From assembly GCF_006345805.1 (NCBI RefSeq), contig NC_043002.1, forward strand, positions 68,386,001-68,450,000: DNA of 64,000 nucleotides, given 5' to 3'. Both the position numbers and the translations under genes were made by a program. The notes beneath the pieces were generated by a model that was given only the letters and a program-made list of their open reading frames with translations, was not told the origin of the DNA and ran no database searches. How positions within the stretch are numbered: the first letter of the stretch is position 1; the number at the start of each line of letters is the position of its first letter. This stretch comes from Octopus sinensis (Eukaryota). Positions 55,727 to 64,000 of the stretch are shown in pieces.

Positions 55727-55882
55727 TTTGTTTTGTTTATTTTGTATTATTGTATTAATGAGTATATATATATATATATGTGTGTAGTATTATGGGTGTC
55801 TATGCACACGTTTTTATATTTTATATTTTTATATTTATATGTATATAAAAAAAATTTTTTTCACACTTATAATAAATTAAAT

Positions 55883-55993
55883 TCTCTGAAGAGGCCGTGG
55901 GGCATCCTTGTTAATGTCTCATTTATACCTGCCTTATATGGCTTATAGGTTAAATAAGGCATGCTTGCCCTTACTGCCGAAACAGCTGTCAGA
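55883..55993 (+). ncRNA. Type I hammerhead ribozyme motif within an AT-rich Penelope/retrozyme-like insertion
   Basis: TCT-CTGAAGA-GGC...GCC-GAAAC-AGCT-GTC-AGA: all core nucleotides present, GUC cleavage triplet, palindromic stem III, 3-bp stem I. Confidence 0.75.
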
Positions 55994-56753
55994 TATGATA
56001 TAATTACATATATTTTATATTTTATATTTCTATTTCCTTGTCTAATTATATTTGCAATATATTTTGTATAATGCCTTTACTGTTATGTAATGGTGTAATA
56101 AAGTATTGATTGGGTATCATCTGTTGGTTGATGTTTGATTGATTTAAGTATGTTTCTCCATTTTCTAATTTTGTAGTATATACATATATATATATATCTG
56201 TGTGTGCATGTCTTTGTGGCTGTGTTTGTCCACCACCACTGCTTGACAACTGGTATTGGTGTGCTTACATCCTCATAACTTAGCGGTTCAGCAAAAGAGA
56301 CCGAGAAAATAAAAACTAGGTTTAAAAAAATAAGTCCTAGGGTCGATTTGTTCAACTAAAACTCTTCAAGGCCATGCCCCAGCATGGCCACAATAAAATG
56401 ACTGAAACAAGTGAAAGGTAAGATATATATATCATCATCATCATCATCATCGTTTAGTGTCCGCTCTCCATGCTAGCATGGGTTGGATGGTTCAACTGGG
56501 GTCTGGAAAGCCAGAAGGCTGTACCAGGCCCAGTCTGATCTGGCAATGTTTCTACGGCTGGAAGCCCTTCCTAACGCCAACCACTCCGTGAGTGTAGTGG
56601 GTGCTTTTTACGTGCCACCGGCACAGGTGCCAGACGAGGCTGGCAAATGGCCACGATCGGATGGTGCTTTTTACGTGCCACCGGCACGGAGGCCAGGCGA
56701 GGCTGGCAACAGCCACGATCAGATGGTGCTTTTTACATGACACCGGCACGGAG

Positions 56754-56785
<32 letters not shown>

Positions 56786-58349
56786 ATACACAATGGTAAA
56801 TAATTGGTATCCATCACTCTTGAATGGGATTGGGGGCAAGGTGTCTTGCCTGTCTATAACTTTCAGGTATTTTAACACCCAATGCAACAAAGAAGTCATC
56901 CCCAAAGCACTATCCTGCAGCAAGTTGGCAAACAAACAAAACACATACACTGAATATGTGCAGTCAATAATGTATACAACACTCGTGCTGCTTTTAATTC
57001 GTAATTGAATGAATATATATATCATCATCATCATCATTTAATGTCTGTCTTCCATGCTAGTATGGGTTGGATGGTTTGACAAGTAGAAGTCTACACCAGG
57101 CGACTGTGTCTGTTTTGGCATGTTTTTTTACAGCTGGATGCCTTTCCTAACACTGACCACCCCATAGAATGGACTGAGTGCTTTTTATGTGGTACTATCA
57201 CACATGTCACCCTTTCACTACTTGATAACGAGTGTGGGTTTGTTTGTATCTCTGTAACATAACAGTTTAGCAAGAAACAGACCAGTAACTTAAGTAGCAA
57301 ATTTTAAATAAGTACAAAAGTCATTTGATTTACAAAAAAAACCTAAGATGCTGCTCCAGAATGGCTGCAGTCCAATGATGAATCCCACTTCAATTTAAAA
57401 TATAAAAGCAAAATAAATGATTTTCTTTTTAATTATAATTTTTTATCATACAATCTTAATAATTGCAAATAGATTGCATCAACCCTTTTAAAATTTCTTT
57501 TCTACATCTTCGTTAGATTTGTCCAAACAATTTCTGTGTAGCCATGGCTATGTGGTTAAGAAACTGGCATTGCAACCATGTGGTTTAGGGTTCAGTCCCA
57601 TTGCATAGCACCTTGGGCAACTGTCTTCAGCCCTGGGCTGATCAATGCCTTGTGAATTAATTTGGTACATAGAAACTGTGTGGAAGACTGTCCTGTGCAT
57701 GTATGTATGTGTGTGTATATGTCAGTGTTTATGTTTGTTCCCTACAATCCTTAACAGTGTTGTTTTGTTTATGTCCCCAGAAACATAGCAGTTTGGCAAA
57801 AGAGACTGATAGAATAAGTACCAGACTTAAAAAAAAAAAGTACTGGGGTCAGCATGGCCACCAGTCCAATGACAAAAACAAGGAAAAGAAAAAAAATAAT
57901 AGAAAAGTAGATTGGCCCAAACAGTCTCTACGTAATAGGAAGGTAGAAATGACATAGATGATAAATAGTTAAATTAAAAGCTTCATAGCATTCAGGCAGG
58001 AGCTGAAATCATGATGAGGTTGCTGTGACCTTTTATTTCATCAATACTAGAATTGATAAAATAAGCAGCAGTAATAATATACTAAATTCAGCCAGTTCAC
58101 TGTAACCTTTTTACTTCTTTGTGAAAAAGAGATTTGTAAAATATGAACAAAGCAAACGATAAGTGCAAACATAACCATGTGGTTCCATTAAAGGAGTTTG
58201 TTTTGTAACCATGTGGTTCCAGATTTTGATATTGCTGGTCAGCACTTTGAGCAGGTGACTTCTACTAAACTGTACCCCACCCCAGGATAACCTTGTGAGT
58301 AGAATTCGGTAAAGAGAAACTGTGCAGATGCCTGTTGTGTGTGTGCATG

Positions 58350-58718
58350 CAGGAATGGCTGTATGGTAAGTAACTTGCTTACCAACCACATGGTTCCAGT
58401 TTTAGTTCCACTGTGTAGCACCTTCGGCAAGCGTCTTCTACTATAGCCTCAGACTGACCAAAGCCTTGTGAGTGGATTTGGTAGAGAGAATCTGAAATAA
58501 GCCCATCGTATATGTGTGTGTGTGTGCGCGTGTTTGTACCCCCACCATCGCTTGATAACCAATGTTGGTGTGTCTATGTCCACGTAACTTAGCCGTTCGA
58601 CAAAAAGAGACAGATAGAATAAGTACTAAGCTTACGAAGAATAAGTCCTGGGGTCGATTTGTTTGACTAAAGGCAGTGCTCCAGTATGACTGCAGTCAAA
58701 TGACAAACAAATAAAAGA

Positions 58719-58720
<2 letters not shown>
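58350..58720 (+). mobile_element. SINE family A copy
   Basis: Co-linear with 8965-9370. Confidence 0.82.
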
Positions 58721-58753
<33 letters not shown>

Positions 58754-58800
58754 TACACACATGTATACACTTACATATATATATAATTACAGAGGTTCTG

Positions 58801-61208
58801 CAAATAATTACAGAGGTATCAAGCTGTTGGATCAAGTAATGAAGGTTACGGAGAGGGTCATAGCCCAACTAATTAGAGAGAGAGTTAGTTTAGATGAGAT
58901 GCAGTTTGGGTTCGTGCCAGGGAAAAGTACCACTGATGCTATATTCCTGGTAAGGCAGCTGCAGGAGAAATACCTAGCCAAAGATAAGCCCCTGTACCTG
59001 GCTTTCGTTGATATGGAGAAAGCTTTTGATAGGGTCCCCCGATCCCTTATCTGGTGGTCAATGAGGAAACTAGGGATAGATGAATGGCTGGTGAGGACTG
59101 TGCAAGCCATGTACAGAGATGCCGTAAGTAAGGTTAGGGTTGGCAACATGTACACAGAAGAATTCAAAGTAGAGGTTGGGGTCCACCAGGGTTCAGTACT
59201 CAGCCCCCTCCTATTTATCATAGTACTCCAGGCAATTACGGAGGAATTCAAGACAGGCTGTCCCTGGGAGCTCCTCTATGCTGACGACCTTGCTCTTATT
59301 GCTGAGTCACTATCAGAACTGGAGGAGAAGTTCCAGGTGTGGAAGGAGGGTTTAGAATCAAGGGGCCTTAGAGTCAACCTAGCTAAAACCAAAGTACTAA
59401 TAAGTAGAAAGGTAGACAATCCACAAATATCTTCAGGAAGATGGCCCTGCTCGATCTGTAGAAAAGGTGTAGGTAGAAACTCTATAAGATGTACCCAGTG
59501 TAAGCTATGGACACATAAGAGGTGCAGCAATGTCAAAGGTAGGCTAACTGGGAAGATAGTTTTTGTATGTGGCAGATGCTCGGGAGCATTAACCTCTGAA
59601 AATCTGCAGAAAACAACTTCCGTCACTTTCCAGGGGAAAAAACTAGAAGTAGTTGATAGCTTCCGTTATCTAGGTGACCAAGTCAGTAGTGGGGGTGGGT
59701 GCGCTGAAAGTGTAACTGCTAGAATAAGAATAGCCTGGGCAAAGTTTAGGGAGCTCTTACCTCTGCTGGTGACTAAAGGCCTCTCGCTCAGAGTAAAAGG
59801 CAGACTGTATGATGCATGTGTACGAACAGCCATGCTACATGGCAGCGAAACATGGGCCGTGACTGCTGAGGACATGCGTAAGCTCGTGAGGAATGAAGCC
59901 AGTATGCTCCGATGGATGTGTAATGTCAGTGTACATACTCGACAGAGCGTTAGCACCTTGAGAGAAATGTTGTACCTAAGAAGCATCAGTTGTGGTGTGC
60001 AAGAGAGACGATTGCGCTGGTATGGTCATGTGGCGAGAATGGATGAAGATAGGTGTGTGAGAAAGTGCCAATCCCTAGCAGTTGAGGGAACCCGTGGAAG
60101 AGGTAGACCCAGGAAAATCTGGGACGAGGTGGTGAAGCACGACCTTCGAACTTTAGGCCTCACTGAGGAAATGACCAGAGACCGAGACCTTTGGAAATAT
60201 TCTGTACGTGAGAAGACCAGGCAGGACAAGTGAGCCCAGCCCACTTATGAATGCCTTTCCTCCCTTGGACACAAAGACCGGTTGAGGCAAGCGAAGTCGA
60301 TATAGAACCTCATCCGACGACAGACACCCATGCCAACCCCCCATGCTTGCGAAGACATGTTGGGGCAAGCGAAATCGAAATCGAAACCGAATTGAACCAG
60401 CCAGGATCCCTGGCCTGGTGGTACGTAAAAAGCACTATCCGACTCGTGGCCGTGGCACGTAAAATACTCCAATGCGACCGTACGACAGGCACCCATGCCA
60501 ACCCCCTTTGCTTGTGAAGACATGTTGGGGCAAGCGAAATCGAAATCAAATTGAACCAGCCAGGATCCCTGGTCTGGTGGTACGTAAAAAGCACTATCCG
60601 ACTCGTGGCCGTGGCACGTAAAATACTCCAATGCGACCGTACGACAGGCACCCATGCCAACCCCCTTTGCTTGTGAAGACATGTTGGGGCAAGCGAAATC
60701 GAAATCAAATTGAACCAGCCAGGATCCCTGGTCTGGTGGTACGTAAAAAGCACTATCCGACTCGTGGCCGTGGCACGTAAAATACTCCAATGCGACCGTA
60801 CGACAGGCACCCATGCCAACCCCCTTGCTTGTGAAGACATGTTGGGGCAAGTGAAATCGAAATCGAATTGAACCAGCCAGGATCCCTGGTCTGGTGGTAC
60901 GTAAAAAGCACTATCCGACTCGTGGCCGATGCCAGCACCGCCTCGACTGGCTTCCGTGCCGGTGGCACATAAAATACACCAATCTGACTGTGGCCGTTGC
61001 CAGCCCCGCCTGGCACCTGTGCAGGTGGCACGTAAAAAGCACCCACTACACTCACGGAGTGGTTGGCGTTAGGAAGGGCATCCAGCTGTAGAAACATTGC
61101 CAGATTAGACTGGAGCCTGGTGCAGCCTTCTGGCTTCCCAGAACCCCGGTCAAACCGTCCAACCCATGCTAGCATGGAGAACGGACGTTAAACGACGATG
61201 ATGATGAT
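58801..61208 (+). mobile_element. RTE-clade LINE of the same family, 5'-truncated at the RT start, ORF open to the stop at 60233, 3' UTR with tandem expansion and (ATG)n tail
   Basis: The 490-aa ORF is nearly co-linear with the 44274-45706 copy. The annotated ATG at 58761 lies in flanking microsatellite, not in the element. Confidence 0.93.
60325..60927 (+). repeat. 159-bp tandem repeat (~3.7 copies) in the RTE 3' UTR
   Basis: TACGACAGGCACCCATGCCAACCCCC recurs at 60481, 60640 and 60799; antisense ORFs show 53-aa periodicity. Confidence 0.92.
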
Positions 61209-61775
61209 ATCATCATCATCATCATCATCATCGTTTAACGTCCGTTTTCCGCGCTAGCACGGGTTGGACGGTTTGACTGGGGTCTGGGAAGCCAGAGGCC
61301 TCTCCAGGCTCCAGTCTGATCTGGCAGAGTTTCTACGGCTGGATGCCCTTCCTAACGCCAACCACTCCGCGAGTGGATTGGATGCTTTTTACGTGCCGCC
61401 TGCACAGGGGCCGGGGGGTCCGGCATCGGTCACGATCGGTTCGAGCTTTTTCTAGAGTTGAGTTGGGGGGGGGTCTAGCTGAAAAAGGTTCCACCAGTGG
61501 AAAGAGAGGGAGAGATAGTGGGGGGGTGCAGGTAATAAAGGGAAGCACCAGTGGGGAAGGTTGGGTAAGGAGGAACGATGACAAGGAAAGGGTTGGTGCA
61601 GAAGAAATAAAAACGTAGGATATCACGAGATCAAATTCGTAATTGGTAACATTAAGGGTATGCAAATAAAGCTCCTATTTTATTATGCCACCTACTGTCC
61701 AATGATACCGACTAGTGAGTCAGGTTTTTGGGTCTGCATTATGGTTGTACCGATATAAAGTAGGATAAATATAAT

Positions 61776-61959
61776 AATAATTCTAGGATGGAATTTATAA
61801 ATATCTAATACATCACTAGGCGTGTTTCCACAAATCACATGACTTTAACATCAGAGTCCATATCCCAAAAAATACAGACTCTGATGTTAAAGTCATGTGA
61901 TTTGTGGAAACACGCGTAGCGATGTATTAAATATTTACAAATTCCATCCTAGAATTATT
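61776..61959. repeat. Inverted repeat with 83-bp arms and an 18-nt spacer
   Basis: 61776-61858 is the reverse complement of 61877-61959 with about 4 mismatches. Confidence 0.92.
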
Positions 61960-64000
61960 GTAATTATTATATATAGAATGTGAGAGGAGATAGAAATTTT
62001 TGGCTTGGTACCCAGGTATGCATTTTACCTACTGAAGCAAAGGTAACTAACCTGGATTAAAAAATTTGAATAGAAAAGTATGCTGCTCATTAAGTTTGTG
62101 GCAAACATTTGCACCAACCTCCTGCTATTAGCCTTTCCAAAAAGTGTGACTGATCCTGCACAAGCCTTCGCCATCAAAAACAAATCATCCATGTATGTAG
62201 TCTAACAGTTGGCAATAGGACCCCCCCATGTTGAAATCAATGGATGAATCCATTATGTGGTAAGACACTTGCTTCCCAACCACATGGTGCCATGGGTAAG
62301 TGTCTTGGACTGATCAAAGCTGTGTGGGTTAATTTGGTAGACGTGTGTGTGAAAGTGCTTATGCCACCTTTAATATATATGAAGAAAGTATCTCCAGATG
62401 TACAGTATCAACATTTTGGGGCTTCTCTCAACCGTTATGTTTCTTTCTCCCTTTCTCTTCATTACCCAGTCTCCTAACACTCACTTCTCTCCTATCAATG
62501 TGCCACTCGACTACAACCATCTCCTTCACATGATGCTGCCTTATCATGAGAGATGGGGTGATATCACATGTCAGTATTTAATCCTACTCTTCCCATCACT
62601 TCTTTGTTGTTAGCCATCATTCTCGCTTTCCTATAACTTGAAATTTATTACTATCATTTCCAGTGCTCTCTCTTCCATCACTATCTCCATTCCTACTTCT
62701 TCCTCCATACCACTCATGTTGTCATACTGAATCTCCTCACCAACAATCATCATATAATTGTCTATAACTCTCTCTCTCTCTTCCTTTACTTTCCCCAAAA
62801 AACCCTCTTGATCATATCATTCTGGTTTTCTTCCATTACTCTCCCCTATGTTATCCTTCCTCTTTCGCTGGTCTTCATTCAGCACTCTTTTCATCATCAT
62901 CATTGTTTAACATCTGCTTTCAATGCTGGCATGGATTGGATGGTTTGACTGAAAATTGGTAAGCGCCGGGTGGGGGGGGGGCTGCACCAAATTCGAATCT
63001 TATTTGGCAAGGATGCCCTTTCTAATGCCAACCATTCTGCAAGTGAGTGCTTTTTACATGCCACTGGCACAGGTGCCATTGACCTGATACTGGCATCGGT
63101 CATGACTATGGTCTCACTTGGCTTGACAGGTCAAAACAAGCACGGTATATTGCCAGAGTCTTGGTCACCTGTCACTGCCTCTATGAGGCCTAAAAACAAG
63201 ACAATCCTCTGATGCCAGTGAAGAAACAAACAAAGATAGAGGAAGGTAGAGAGGGTTCTTTAGTCTCACTCTGAACAAGACAACCTTTCAAGTGCTGGTA
63301 ACATTATAAAATGCCCTCAGGACAATGCAGACCTACCAAAAATGAAACATATGAGCAAGATGCAGTCCTTAACCTAGTTTGGAGGGCAAGTAAATCTGAA
63401 TAAGAACTGACTTGATCTGTGATGAATTGTCCAACCCATGCCACTATGGAGAAGTGAATGTAAAGAGAATCATCTGTGTGTGTATGAGTGCAAAACTGTA
63501 TACAGAGTGGTACTCATTTACATCAAAAGGTAACAGTCTACAAAATAAGTACCAGACCGAGGTAAAAGTACAGAGGTTGATGTCATCAACCAAGACTCAT
63601 GAAGGCAGTACTATAGCAGGTCACAGTCCAATGACAAACCAGCAGAAAGAGGAATGCAAGAGACATATCTCCATATCACAAAACAAGAAAGTTGAAAACT
63701 GAATTATTACTAATTCTTTTCTCTTCTTCATAAAAATCCTGAGCCGTTAACTGTATTATTAAACACAGCTTTGAATTTATATCAGCCTTCAGTGAAAATG
63801 TCTTAAAAGTTGCAATATAGTAATATATATGTTATATTATTAGGCTGGAAGAGTACCAAATTTTTAGACTTGCAGAATTTAGTTTTGTATATTCTATGCT
63901 GTGTTCAAATCTAATTAGGATGAAGTATTCTTTTCATCCCTCTGAGGTCAAGAAAATATGTGCCAATAATGTATTGAGTATGATTACCTTAAGTTCATTG

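Noticed and set aside
60245-60850. 201-aa and 176-aa ORFs with 53-aa repeats
   Set aside because: Antisense read-through of the 159-bp tandem repeat in the RTE 3' UTR; the unit length is a multiple of 3.

Overview
AT-rich, repeat-dense animal genomic DNA. The SINE, RTE and microsatellite landscape suggests an octopus (coleoid cephalopod) genome; that assignment is inference. The only host gene I can support is on the minus strand and is probably HELZ (helicase with zinc finger). It has four phase-compatible coding exons at 5785-5906, 4286-4348, 3161-3377 and 1902-2217, and a probable 37-nt micro-exon at 31050-31086. These encode a TPR-like hairpin, two CX2CX12HX5H zinc fingers and the start of the HELZ CCCH finger. 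The gene runs off the left edge, and its start exon was not located. The rest is mostly transposons: a 5'-truncated CR1-type LINE with an open RT ORF, two RTE-clade LINEs in opposite orientation, at least three SINE families in many copies, non-autonomous Helitrons (one with a PIF1-helicase remnant), TTAA piggyBac-like MITEs and mariner remnants. The most notable signals are an intact type I hammerhead ribozyme core with an expanded stem II (55883-55993), a tRNA-headed SINE with a decayed hammerhead (32023-32270), several long near-perfect hairpins, and an 899-bp tandem duplication with a chimeric crossover junction. Most short ORFs in the track are repeat noise.
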